From Dudresnaya verticillata (Eukaryota): a stretch of DNA of 64,000 nucleotides. Position numbers and translations under genes: made by a program. How positions within the stretch are numbered: position 1 is the first letter of the stretch; every line of letters starts with the position of its first letter. The stretch is taken from assembly GCA_977862235.1 (NCBI GenBank), contig OZ374563.1, positions 682,001 through 746,000 on the forward strand. Reading direction: 5' to 3'. This document shows, one piece after another, positions 10,301 to 18,956 of this stretch. Below the pieces are notes generated by a model that was not told the DNA's origin, ran no database searches, and saw only the letters and a program-made list of their open reading frames with translations.

Positions 10301-12073
10301 CAATGTCGAAAGGATCTCGTCAACATGACGGAAGTGACTGTCGATGTCGCTGGAGAAGATTATTACGTCATCGAGGTAGACGATGCACGAACGCCACTTG
10401 TAACCAGCGAGCAGTATGTACAACGTTCGTTGAAACGTAGCGGGTGCGTTCGTGAGACCGAATGGCATACGCTTATAGCGGAACAGTCCGGCGTGGCACG
10501 TGAACGCAGTCTTATCGCGGTCTCGCGGATTGATCGGCACTTGCCAGTACCCACTGTTACAGTCTAGGGTGGTGAAGACGTTTGCTTCCCCTAGACTGTC
10601 GATGCATTCGTCGATACGCGGCAGCGGGTACGTGTCCCGTATGGTTACTGCGTTCAAACGACGGTAGTCTACGCAAAAGCGGAGGGTCCCGTCCTTCTTG
10701 GGGGCGAAGACCACTGGTGATGCCCACGGCGATTGTGCGGGTTCGATAACCCCTTGACGCAGCATGCGGTCCACTTCCGCTTGAGCGAGTTGCCTTTGCT
10801 TCGGCCCCGCTCGATAGGGCGGGGACGATATCGGTCTAGAGCCGGGAAGCAAGTCGATGTAGTGCTCTGTGGTTGAGATTTCTCCCAACGAACCGTCCCA
10901 CATAGACGAATACTTGCGCAACATCTCCTTAAGCCGGCCTTGATGCTCGGCGGGGAGTTGGCTCAGGTCCAAATCGTCTACAGACGGAGGTTTGGCAGTG
11001 GTTGCCTCGATAGACTTCGTGAAAGTATCCGGCTGCGCCGCAGTGTTATCGTTCGTTTGAAAACGGAAATCTTGGTTTGCCTTCTCCTCCTCGGCTTGTT
11101 CCTCCGTGAGGCCCAAAACATCGGCAAGACTTACGTGACTGGGGAACACTGCTGTCGGATGTGGTAACGCCGTCGCGGCGACTTGGCCTTTGGCCAGCGC
11201 CTGCGGGCGGGGAGAGAAGTTGGCAACCAGAATGCGAAACGCTTTTAGCGGCTCCACTTGAGCAATCCCGTTCGTAACGGCCAGACCTTGTTTGTCGTAC
11301 AGCGTTCCGAACGGTTGAATTGTGATGATGCCGGCGCGCTCGGTGGTCACCGATACCCATTGCTGCGCCTTAGGCGGGATGATCGCGCGCTCGGCGACTC
11401 GGATCTTGGGCGACGTCCTCCCCTCGGCCTTGCCGAATTCCTGTTCCGTTGGTAACGGAGGATACGACGGGGGTCGGCTCAGCGGGCGGCGCGTTATAGG
11501 GACACGAGTCCCGTCATCCAATTCAACCTCGCGACTTCGCGGATATATTGCTTCGACGAACCGGTCGCAAAAGTCACAGCCTAGTATCACCGGCGCAGCG
11601 AGTCGTTCGCAAACGATCAGTTCCAACTTGACGACTCTCCGTCCTAGACGAACGATCAGGTCGATGGTGCCTCTTGTCTGGATCGCCTTATTGTTGGCGT
11701 CGGCTATGACGGGGAGGCTCTTTGTCACGACGCGCGATCGCGCTTCCAGCGGAATGTCGTCGATGCGAATGAAATTCGGACCGGCCCCCGTGTCGAGGAC
11801 AGTGAGTTTACGTGCCAAGGTACTAACGGTTGCGCCCAAATCGGCGTACACCTTATAGTTCCTCTTGGCCATTACGAACAACTGCCCTCGCATTTGGGGG
11901 GGCTGGTACCTTCGCCATGGGCGTTTTAATGACGTCTGCGACGACTCTATCCGCCCGTTGGCGTCTTTTGTAACTAATTTCGGGCCCTCCTTCCGTGTCA
12001 GCACCCGAGGCCTAGGCCTCTCGTCGTGGTGCGACACCCCAGTGTCAGGTGTTGGTGCCCGAGTTAGTTTTTC
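7346..12073 (-). CDS. pol: Pol polyprotein (protease, RT, RNase H, integrase, chromodomain), entered by -1 frameshift
   Basis: LDTGAG protease, YLDD RT, DCDAS RNase H, HH..GHPG/CVTC zinc finger, DDE core and GPY motif. C-terminal chromodomain EYVIERI...YRVKWFGY...NTWEP. The frame is open from the slippery site at 12073. Confidence 0.97.
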   Translation of the reverse strand, partial: EKLTRAPTPDTGVSHHDERPRPRVLTRKEGPKLVTKDANGRIESSQTSLKRPWRRYQPPQMRGQLFVMAKRNYKVYADLGATVSTLARKLTVLDTGAGPNFIRIDDIPLEARSRVVTKSLPVIADANNKAIQTRGTIDLIVRLGRRVVKLELIVCERLAAPVILGCDFCDRFVEAIYPRSREVELDDGTRVPITRRPLSRPPSYPPLPTEQEFGKAEGRTSPKIRVAERAIIPPKAQQWVSVTTERAGIITIQPFGTLYDKQGLAVTNGIAQVEPLKAFRILVANFSPRPQALAKGQVAATALPHPTAVFPSHVSLADVLGLTEEQAEEEKANQDFRFQTNDNTAAQPDTFTKSIEATTAKPPSVDDLDLSQLPAEHQGRLKEMLRKYSSMWDGSLGEISTTEHYIDLLPGSRPISSPPYRAGPKQRQLAQAEVDRMLRQGVIEPAQSPWASPVVFAPKKDGTLRFCVDYRRLNAVTIRDTYPLPRIDECIDSLGEANVFTTLDCNSGYWQVPINPRDRDKTAFTCHAGLFRYKRMPFGLTNAPATFQRTLYILLAGYKWRSCIVYLDDVIIFSSDIDSHFRHVDEILSTLYRAGVTLKLTKCDFFTPTVNYLGHVIRPGRLEVDRTVTAALREAKHPGDQKGLRSFLGLCNVYRRFVSRYAHVAAPLNKLLRKEQDFRLPPFDETQAKAFSTLLEAVTHPPMLALPQQGLPYSVDCDASEYQVGCALFQTQPGGERKPLGFWSRSLTAPERNYSVSEKECLAVVWSVVTLRPYVQMESFTVHTDHSSLRWLMEISDPSGRLMRWRLRLSEFDFVMKYKKGYLNTQADALSRLQTKGETVEPIDDDIPCYHGSYVEDGHQTSQDDLSDAEGEVDFAEREFEEFDQVLINNTPPADEVLLRQVTHEELVHAQGDDSYCNDVRKRLDDGVTLPFATDEQGLLVRTVEARPQVVVPSSLRARLLHLRHHAKLAGHPGGRKLYHTLRREYYWPSMPVDCYATVRNCVTCAKNRVLLRKNTKQLKLFPATEPLEFVSIDILGELIRTKRGNKFLLVIVDRFSKLVRTVPLRSITALEIAKAFVRHWVFVYGPPKKLLSDNGPQFVAKLFQDICRLLGVENLFTTTYHPQCNGQAERFNRTILASLRHYVADHPRDWDLFTDALTFAYNTQLHSSTHLAPFELVLSKPPRPLSLEAEPSLESVLTAGQYDTKWRTWLAALMGTAKASLEKTQARYKRNFDTRLRKSKESIAIGDFVFVRKEYFARGGSTDRAERKHKLAPVADGPYRVTHVDNETVTVDKGRNERERLYRDRVVWAPTPPGQAAPPIVVPPGPPEEQDAVAPTSQDEGKTTPSTPPADPEGDAETSHTARDPQERTITASRSRGLAELWPFAADPDDRAPQSVSNDDNTPGVRTRLEHVATAPPNENNDSAESASDNEDVNRASTKHGAASDELVSRRNNPLTADRASEAHGQRLRRSTRRVRFAEPDQTPITQRDEPPKALEGHRSKPNAVSGKEYVIERIESHAYADDGEILYRVKWFGYPASANTWEPVSSLPRSHTVRYHRRKHTRLAPNIEDAQRG
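12025..12073 (-). promoter_or_regulatory. Putative -1 ribosomal frameshift signal
   Basis: G AAA AAC directly before the gag TAA, with pol in the -1 frame. Downstream GGCACC...GACAC-TGGG-GTGTC has stem or pseudoknot potential. Confidence 0.75.
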
Positions 12074-14637
12074 GACTGCGGCGGTGGTTGTGGCGCTTCA
12101 TAGCGGTTGATCATCGTCGGATGACGTTCTGCCGCGTGCGGCATGGGTCCGCCTCGTGGCGATTGTGGTCGTGCAGCACGGCGAGCAGCGTCGCGGGTCG
12201 CACGTTCTTTGCAACGTACATACGCATCAGCGGGGACACCAGCCTTCTCGGCTTCGGTTAGTCCTTCATAGTTGGTAATAACCTTCATGAAGTCGCTCAT
12301 GCGGAGGAAGCAGTCCGGCGCGATGTGGCCGCGGGCGTAGCATTGGTGGCATACCAGCTGCCGACGCGCGTCTTGACGGGGCGGGCCTCTGTCCTGCCAC
12401 CCGGGCCTTGCTCGGTGGACGTGAGGAGCATACTCGGAATAGGGGACGCGTGGCGCTGGCACGACCGAGCGCCCAAAGGCGAGAGCAGGGTCCATATCCC
12501 TTTCGTCCTCGTCATCGACGTAGCTGTCCGTTGGTAGGGCCGAGGTTGGCACCGACGCTTGCTCGTCTGCCAAGTACAAATCGCCTTCGGCGTGTGTTTC
12601 CATGTCATCGACAGGTCGACTAACGTCTCGGAACTCGATGGAGGACTCCGCTATCATAGCGCGCGCTCCAGGCTTGGCGCCTCTCGTCTGTGGACGCAGT
12701 ACCCCTCGGGCATCGCCGATGGCGGATCGCGGCGTGCGTACGGCTTGAGCCGGTGTCAGTAGGTCACGTCGCGCTGACGCGGAACCGGCTCTGCCGTGTC
12801 GTGCGCGGTTGGCATCCCCTTCGTCCTGTGCGAAGTGGACCAGCCGCTCAAATGACAACTCCGCCCTTGGCGTTTCTTCTCGGAAGCGAGCGACCAGAGA
12901 CCTGATCGACGGGTCTAACCCGTCGATGTACAGCGTCATCTTTTCCCAATCGGGATATACGTTACCGCAACGAATACACGCACCGGCTAGCCGCATCCCA
13001 TAGGTCGTCTCGTCCTCGCCTTGCTTTTGGGCAGTCGACCGTAGGGCGAGGACAGCGTCCCTGATCGCCGCTGGCGTAGCATACGTACGGAGGAGGTACT
13101 GTACCGCCTCCGGATACGAAGACACCCCGCCACGGTGGCGAGAAGATGTCGACTTGACGGAGCGGAATTGCGTGGCTGCCGTACCTCGCAAGAAGTACGG
13201 CAGCGCGACGAACGCTTGGGCTTCGCTCATCTCCAGCGTATCCGCTTCATCCGCGTAACGCGTCAGGAACTCGAGGACCATGACGGGGTCGCTGCCGTTG
13301 AAGGCGGCGTCCTTCATGGTCAGCTCCAAGCGCTTGATATGGTCTTTGACCTTACCCGTGTCGCGCCCTGAGCGTTTTTGCCCTACGTCTTTGAGACGGT
13401 ACGTCCTGTACGATAATAACTGATCGAAAAGGGGGTTGGAGGGGCGTAGCTCCTTCAACCCCTTGAACCGCTTTCCGCGAGGTCTTGCGGCACTGCCGAG
13501 AGTTGGGTAGTCGTCGTCTTCAGACGAAGAGTCCGATGACTCTCCGTCACTTGACGAGTCCGAAGACGATGAGGATGAGTCCCCTCGTCGATGACGATTC
13601 TTCTTCCGTCTCTGACGTAGCTTCCGACGGCGTTTCTTCCGGTCCTTACGTCTGTGACGATCTTCGCCTGAGCTCTCGTCACCTGACGGCGGACCATTGC
13701 GCCACTTGGCGGTTTCGAGACGCTCTAAGCGGGTCGCAAGTCGCTGAAAGCGTTCGCGTGAGCTAAGCTCAGAATGCGAATGAACCGAATGAACCGTTAC
13801 TGCCGGCGGTGGTTGTGTACCCTCGCCCTGGGCGTTTTGGTTCGTCAAGAGACGGTCGAGTTCGGAGCGTAGCCCTTGTAGGGCGCCGTTCCGATCCTCT
13901 TCCAACGTCTGTAGACGACTTGCGATTCCTCCGACACTGTCGTCCAGCAACCCGGCGAACCGAGCGAGCATCGCATCGTCCTCTAAGACGCACACCTCTC
14001 GGATCCGTTCGCGTGGTATCGTTAAGTTACTCACGCGGACGGCCGAGGGTGACGCCGTTGGCGGTTGGCTTTCGCAGTTGGACCGGTCGGGCGTCCCTTG
14101 CGCCCTTTGACTTGGCGAATTCGGCTTAGCCGGTGAACAACCGGCACTGCCGTGGGGAGTGGGGCAACATGCCCCGTGTGTCAAAGGTTCGTCACCGACG
14201 TTGCGCTCCGCGGAGCGCCCCTGTTCGTCGTTGACGTGGATGGTTGGTTGATCCGGAAGTTCCGGTTGTCCCGCGACGATGTCGGCTTGTGTTCCGTCTA
14301 CGACGTCCTGTTGCTCGGCTTGTACTGTATCAGCCGAGTCAACATAGGAGCGGTAGGTGCGGAGGGCCGATCCCTCGGGGACGGAGGTGCGGACGACGAC
14401 GGGGTTGTGGCGCGTCGGCGGGGGAGGTAACTCTCCTCCGTTGAGCGACGCGTGGGAGCCTGCGTGGCCATGGCCCGGGGGTAGCGTCGGGAACGCCGAC
14501 GCGATCTCGGGGCTCACGAGGCGCCCAGACCTCGTTGTCATCCGCTGTAGCGACCGTTCAGACGCGGGTACACTCCCAGGCGTCGAAGACGGTCTTCTTG
14601 AACTTGGGCCTCGCGACGGCGGCGGTCGTGAGGCCAT
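12064..14637 (-). CDS. gag: Gag polyprotein (857 aa)
   Basis: Long ORF just downstream of the PBS. Capsid-like region (FNGSDP...FL...QKQGEDETTYG) and CCHC knuckle CHQCYARGHIAPDC. Confidence 0.93.
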   Translation of the reverse strand: MASRPPPSRGPSSRRPSSTPGSVPASERSLQRMTTRSGRLVSPEIASAFPTLPPGHGHAGSHASLNGGELPPPPTRHNPVVVRTSVPEGSALRTYRSYVDSADTVQAEQQDVVDGTQADIVAGQPELPDQPTIHVNDEQGRSAERNVGDEPLTHGACCPTPHGSAGCSPAKPNSPSQRAQGTPDRSNCESQPPTASPSAVRVSNLTIPRERIREVCVLEDDAMLARFAGLLDDSVGGIASRLQTLEEDRNGALQGLRSELDRLLTNQNAQGEGTQPPPAVTVHSVHSHSELSSRERFQRLATRLERLETAKWRNGPPSGDESSGEDRHRRKDRKKRRRKLRQRRKKNRHRRGDSSSSSSDSSSDGESSDSSSEDDDYPTLGSAARPRGKRFKGLKELRPSNPLFDQLLSYRTYRLKDVGQKRSGRDTGKVKDHIKRLELTMKDAAFNGSDPVMVLEFLTRYADEADTLEMSEAQAFVALPYFLRGTAATQFRSVKSTSSRHRGGVSSYPEAVQYLLRTYATPAAIRDAVLALRSTAQKQGEDETTYGMRLAGACIRCGNVYPDWEKMTLYIDGLDPSIRSLVARFREETPRAELSFERLVHFAQDEGDANRARHGRAGSASARRDLLTPAQAVRTPRSAIGDARGVLRPQTRGAKPGARAMIAESSIEFRDVSRPVDDMETHAEGDLYLADEQASVPTSALPTDSYVDDEDERDMDPALAFGRSVVPAPRVPYSEYAPHVHRARPGWQDRGPPRQDARRQLVCHQCYARGHIAPDCFLRMSDFMKVITNYEGLTEAEKAGVPADAYVRCKERATRDAARRAARPQSPRGGPMPHAAERHPTMINRYEAPQPPPQSKN

Positions 14638-14744
14638 GATACAATCGTAGAGTTGCTTGAACGTCGTGGACGATTAGCGACAAACGTCAGAGACGGAGAG
14701 TCGGACGTCGCGCGACGGAGGAACTCGTTGAAACGTAGCACTGC

Positions 14745-14762
14745 TTCTAGGTCGGGAGACCA
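14745..14762 (-). promoter_or_regulatory. Primer-binding site, probably tRNA-Tyr
   Basis: TGGTCTCCCGACCTAGAA lies 2 nt after the terminal CA. Its complement ends CGGGAGACCA, matching the C1:G72/A73 acceptor end typical of eukaryotic tRNA-Tyr. Confidence 0.7.
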
Positions 14763-14764
14763 GA

Positions 14765-14848
14765 TGTGGTGCAAAGCGTCTGTAGACGATGGACCACCGA
14801 GCCCCGAACTGCTCGGCGGTCCATCGTCTACAGACGCTTTGCACCACA
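14765..14848. repeat. 84-bp palindrome replacing the 5' LTR (38-bp arms, 1 mismatch, 8-nt loop)
   Basis: TGTGGTGCAAAGCGTCTGTAGACGATGGACCACCGAGC-CCCGAACT-GCTCGGCGGTCCATCGTCTACAGACGCTTTGCACCACA. Bases 14794-14848 are the exact reverse complement of 2302-2356. Confidence 0.98.
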
Positions 14849-14937
14849 TAGACCACGGAGTCGTTCCGCGGATAGCGTCTATACCGCAAAGTGCACTCTT
14901 TGAGTTCACAAGAGACCTAAAAGGTACTTCGTTACAC

Positions 14938-15215
14938 CTATCGACGTGTGGAATCTCGGCGACGTCGGGCCGCAGCGGTTTCCATGTGCTTTCCATTCCA
15001 ACAGCGGTGGATGAAGTTTTGCGGCAACTCCTCGGCGGGTTCATACGTATCCTGGTCTGGTGGGTACCCGTAACAACGCACCTTGCAGGTCATGCCCGTG
15101 GGTTCTTCACGGTGTCCCGCGATCTGATAGATGATATACTCCGTGTCGGCATCAATTGTCTCGGGAACAAGGGCAGGAAGACCGCCTGGAGTTTGGGGCG
15201 TTACAGTAATACCAC
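14938..15215 (-). pseudogene. Decayed chromodomain of an older chromovirus pol
   Basis: EYIIYQIAGHR...KVRCYGYPPDQDTYEPAEELP resembles the intact element's chromodomain, with the conserved Trp residues lost. Confidence 0.8.
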
Positions 15216-15220
15216 CTGTG

Positions 15221-16041
15221 TGTAGCAGTATGGAAGCGGCCAGAAACAGCAAAGAACAAGAAAAGACAGCTGTCCGATGCCACACGCTAATGTGTGGTAG
15301 CTCGAGGGAGGATTGGTAGAGGCTTGGAAAAGGCGGGCCCTGATGACCCGAAAGGGGGGGTGCGGAAGCACGGTAAAGACTCGGCGCGACCGACTGAAGG
15401 AAAGTATAGAGGTTGCGACCCGGTGTTTTGTAGAGTACTTGTCGTACGATGTCTGGGCCTGTACTGGGCGACCCCTGCAGGCGCGGAGCGTCCGAGCGAC
15501 CAAAAGGTGGAAACTTCCCGAACAACTCCGCTGAGTGTTTATTATGAGGGCGCCGGCTATTCCGGCGCCCATAAGCAGGGCTTGACAGCCGAAAAGTCTA
15601 TCAGCCCGAAAGGGGGTCTAAGTTAGTCTGTGATTATAGATAAAAAGGTCAGTAATGTCATTACAAGTCAAAAGTGGGAATGTATTCCAGTTAGGGGACT
15701 TGGCGGCGGATGTGCCGGTGTGCATGACGAGGTCCCGGCTGCACTGTCGATAACCTGAGCGCAGAGGTGCTCCTCGTCCGTGAGTAGGAGCGCAGCGGCG
15801 CGTCATAAATCAGCCAATACGGGGTGTCCAACTGGCGCCATTACAATGCCACGTGTACGCCCCGTGTATAGCTGCACGTCCACGTGTACAGCTGTAAGTC
15901 CACGTGTACACACGTGTATTCCACGTGTCATCCACGTGTACAGCGATGAAAGGACAGCTGTCCTGATTAAGGGACAGTTTGTCCCGCGAAAAGGAAGGCG
16001 CTCCTGTCAGCCCTGCTGCTGACAGCGTCCATACTGCCACA
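15221..16041 (-). mobile_element. Solo LTR (821 bp)
   Basis: TGT...ACA ends with an imperfect 23-bp terminal inverted repeat (19/23). 5-bp TSD CTGTG at 15216-15220 and 16042-16046. Interrupts the old integrase-chromodomain linker. Confidence 0.9.
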
Positions 16042-16046
16042 CTGTG

Positions 16047-16600
16047 GGACACCACCTGGTGTTTGGGGTATTACTGTGGTGTCTTCCGCATGCTGGGGTA
16101 CTGTACCGCCCACGTCGGTGTGTGGCGTAACCGGCGGAGCCAATAGCGGCACCGGTTGAACGGGAAATCCAATTGGTACCTTAGTGATGCGATCGTTGCT
16201 GATGGGAACCAGGACGCCGTCCTGCTTGATAGTGACTACGGAGTCCGTTGCGGTGTGAACTTCGTAGGGGCCCGTCGATCTTGCGAGGAGCTTCTTCATT
16301 TGCTCCGCAAATTCACCGACGTGGGCAGGGCCTTGATCCAATCGGTCGCGTTCCTTCCGTTTGGTGGGTCGTAGATTACGCGGCGGGCGATCTACGTAGA
16401 CTTGATCGCCACCGCGAACCACCGGTTGGAAACGCACCTTACGGTCGAAGAGGGCCTTAGACTTCAACTGGGCTGCAGTCTGCTTGGTCTGCGCCTTCTG
16501 CAGGGCATAGCGCAAACGCCGCATGGTTCCCAGTTTTTGGAGCACGGGCGTCATACGCCCCTCCGTAACGGTTTCTTCCAACTCCACAGGGGTGCCCATT
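16047..16600 (-). pseudogene. Integrase C-terminal fragment of the older, 5'-truncated chromovirus
   Basis: AQLKSKALFDRKVR...GDQVYV...KKLLARSTGPYEV...ISNDRI parallels QARYKRNFDTRLR...GDFVFV...HKLAPVADGPYRV in the intact pol. Confidence 0.8.
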
Positions 16601-17678
16601 GCAGAGTTCTGCAAAGAATCATAACGACTACATTTTTCGCATTGCTGGATTTCTCCTGCGTTGCAGATGCCCTGTGGCGTAGACTATCTAGTGTCAAGCC
16701 AACGCGCACCCAAACAAGCTCGCGACACGTGTCAGGCGCGTGCGCGTGGCACGGTGGAACGTTGCGCGCCCCGATCGGCCCCACAAGCCGCGCAGTAGCA
16801 TTCCCTGTCCCGCACACGCGCACACCCGCTCGGCTTACGCACATGTCGGCTGCTGCTGCTGAGCCGCGGCGGAGGCGCCGCCTGTCTGGCGCTGTGCCAA
16901 ACGCGGAACAAACGCGCGCAAAGTCTACGGTCCCGCCGCCCGCGGCGTTTGCTCTGCGCCCTCCCGCGACCGGCCGCGCGCCGCGCCGCGCCGCGCCGCG
17001 CCGCGCCGACACGCTTTGTTGCTGCCGGCGCCGGCGCGACGCCCGACACGCCGCGCCACGCCGCGCCCTTTCTTTCCGGCGGCACTGCTCTTGTCGGTGC
17101 TTGTCGTGCTTGAACGCCCGCGCTATCTCGCAAACAGACAACCGTGCACTTCCTGTGCTTTTGATCCGCAGCCCGCCAACTGCTTTTCGGACGGCGGTTG
17201 CGCCTGGTGCGTCTGAAACTCTGCCAGTGCCCTGTCTTTGTCGTTGTAATCCGCCGTCGTTATCCTCCGGCCAGGAAACAGCTTCCCTTCCATCCAGCCT
17301 TTCTTCCGAGCCGAATCTACTCGCTTGCTACTTTCAAATCTAATGCCATTGCAGCCCCAGACTTGCTCAATACCATACACCACCGACCGCTACCACCTGT
17401 CCCGGCCCGCACCCCCATTTCGCACAACGCCTTTTAGTATGAAAACGCCCCGCAGCAACCACCTCCCGCGCAGGCCACCCGCTTAGGAAAGCAGACCAGC
17501 AACAACTTTCAATCCCACGGCTTCACCATGCCCTTCCAACCCACCTCATCCACCTTAACCCCTCACCAGTCTTCCTTCACTACAGCCGTCCCACGTTTGA
17601 GCAACGCTACACAAACGAACACCACCCCAACGCCCCGCCTCTCAAACCCCACACCTCCCACCCTTGCGCCAGCACACC

Positions 17679-18956
17679 ATGCCCGCAACCCGCCACAGCC
17701 ATGCCCACTTCGCATGTCTCTCCGCGCTCGTATTGACGCTACTCCTGCTGCCAGTCCCAGCCGACTCGCAACCAACGTGCGGCTTCGCCTTCCGCGACCT
17801 GCTGCGCTACTGCGCCCAGCCGGACCGCGCGTCGCCATCGAAGTGCTGCCACGCCGTGCGCCTCTTCAACGACGCCCTGTGCTGGTGCCAGCCGGCCGCG
17901 CTGGCCGCCGCGTCGCGCCTGGCGGCTAACCAGTACGCATTCGCGCTACGCGCCGAGTTCTGCGACGTCTCCGCCCCGTACCGTCCGTCCTTCCCCGCGC
18001 GCAATGGCCCGCCCACCCCCGACACCTGCCCGCCCGCCTTTGCCTCGCTGCCCGCCAACGCGTCGCAGGAGGGCTGCCCCGCTCCTGCGCAGCTGCGCGC
18101 GCGCCGAGAAGCTGCCGTAGAGAAACTGGACGGCTTGAGGCTTGCTGGAGTCGCGCCGGAAGATGTCAAGGCGTTCAGGGACCAGGTCGAGGGGCTCATG
18201 GTGGAAGATGTGTTATTTTCGAGTATTGGACTGTCGTACATCAACGGTGTTGGCCATGCTACGGATCTTTTGTTGAGCCGGCAAGACGCCGTTGGAAGCG
18301 AGGTGGACTGGTCTGGCGGACCGGAGGTTAGCGCCAGCGTGAAGGGCAAGTTTTGGCAAACCCCGGATATGGTCAGCTATTCCGTGGACTTTGTAGGTGA
18401 GGACGGGTTTTTCACCTCGAGACTCATGTTTGTCGGGTTTGAAAAGTGTTCCAACAAGATGCGATTTGTGTTCACTGCTGAACCGGGGGTCATCGAATCT
18501 ATAGCAAGCCAGTTTTACTATCCATCTGTGCCTGCCGACACAATAAGCCAGTATGATGTATCTGCAAAGGAAGTTTGTGACAAGATTGAGAGCGCTTGCG
18601 GGGATCGGGACGATTCTCCATTCGCTACAATGCAAGCCTGTATCGAGCATGTAACGGCTATGAAGGGAAATGGACAGGTGCTGTGTAACAACTTTGACCG
18701 AGAAGAAGTACCAGTTCTAGGTCTCTACGGAGATACTGTTGGCTGCAAGTATTCTCATGCTCTTGCTGCTGTTGCAGAGCCGGCAAAGATTTGCCCTCTG
18801 CTTGGTGCGACAGCGGGGGGTGTATGTGCGAAAGAGTTTTGTAGCAATGGAGAATATGCGGACATTTTTCAGTCTTCGGGACCGAGGTTTACTGGTTCGA
18901 GCTCATTCACATGCAATACTGGCACTGGGGTGTGTACTGAGAACTGGCCACAATGA
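17679..18956 (+). CDS. Secreted Cys-rich protein with an N-terminal eight-cysteine-motif-like module and an unknown C-terminal domain
   Basis: 425-aa ORF with a signal peptide (LSALVLTLLLLPVPADS), a C-x10-C-x10-CC-x10-CWC-x24-C-x21-C pattern and a second Cys-rich region at the C-terminus. Confidence 0.85.
   Translation: MPATRHSHAHFACLSALVLTLLLLPVPADSQPTCGFAFRDLLRYCAQPDRASPSKCCHAVRLFNDALCWCQPAALAAASRLAANQYAFALRAEFCDVSAPYRPSFPARNGPPTPDTCPPAFASLPANASQEGCPAPAQLRARREAAVEKLDGLRLAGVAPEDVKAFRDQVEGLMVEDVLFSSIGLSYINGVGHATDLLLSRQDAVGSEVDWSGGPEVSASVKGKFWQTPDMVSYSVDFVGEDGFFTSRLMFVGFEKCSNKMRFVFTAEPGVIESIASQFYYPSVPADTISQYDVSAKEVCDKIESACGDRDDSPFATMQACIEHVTAMKGNGQVLCNNFDREEVPVLGLYGDTVGCKYSHALAAVAEPAKICPLLGATAGGVCAKEFCSNGEYADIFQSSGPRFTGSSSFTCNTGTGVCTENWPQ

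Larger units (their letters stand above)
2302..14848 (-). mobile_element. Ty3/gypsy chromodomain-containing LTR retrotransposon with an aberrant hairpin 5' end
   Basis: TGTGG...CCACA termini and a 5-bp TSD TAGAC at 2297-2301 and 14849-14853. Contains gag (CCHC), PR-RT-RNaseH-IN-chromo pol, a PBS, a PPT and a 3' LTR. Confidence 0.96.

Noticed and set aside
2302..14848. DIRS-like or DNA-transposon interpretation of the 55-bp terminal inverted repeats
   Set aside because: The element has a DDE integrase, protease, PBS, PPT and a 5-bp TSD, and no tyrosine recombinase or transposase.
16402..17343. 313-aa plus-strand ORF
   Set aside because: It is a non-ATG chimera of antisense integrase and GC-rich promoter sequence.
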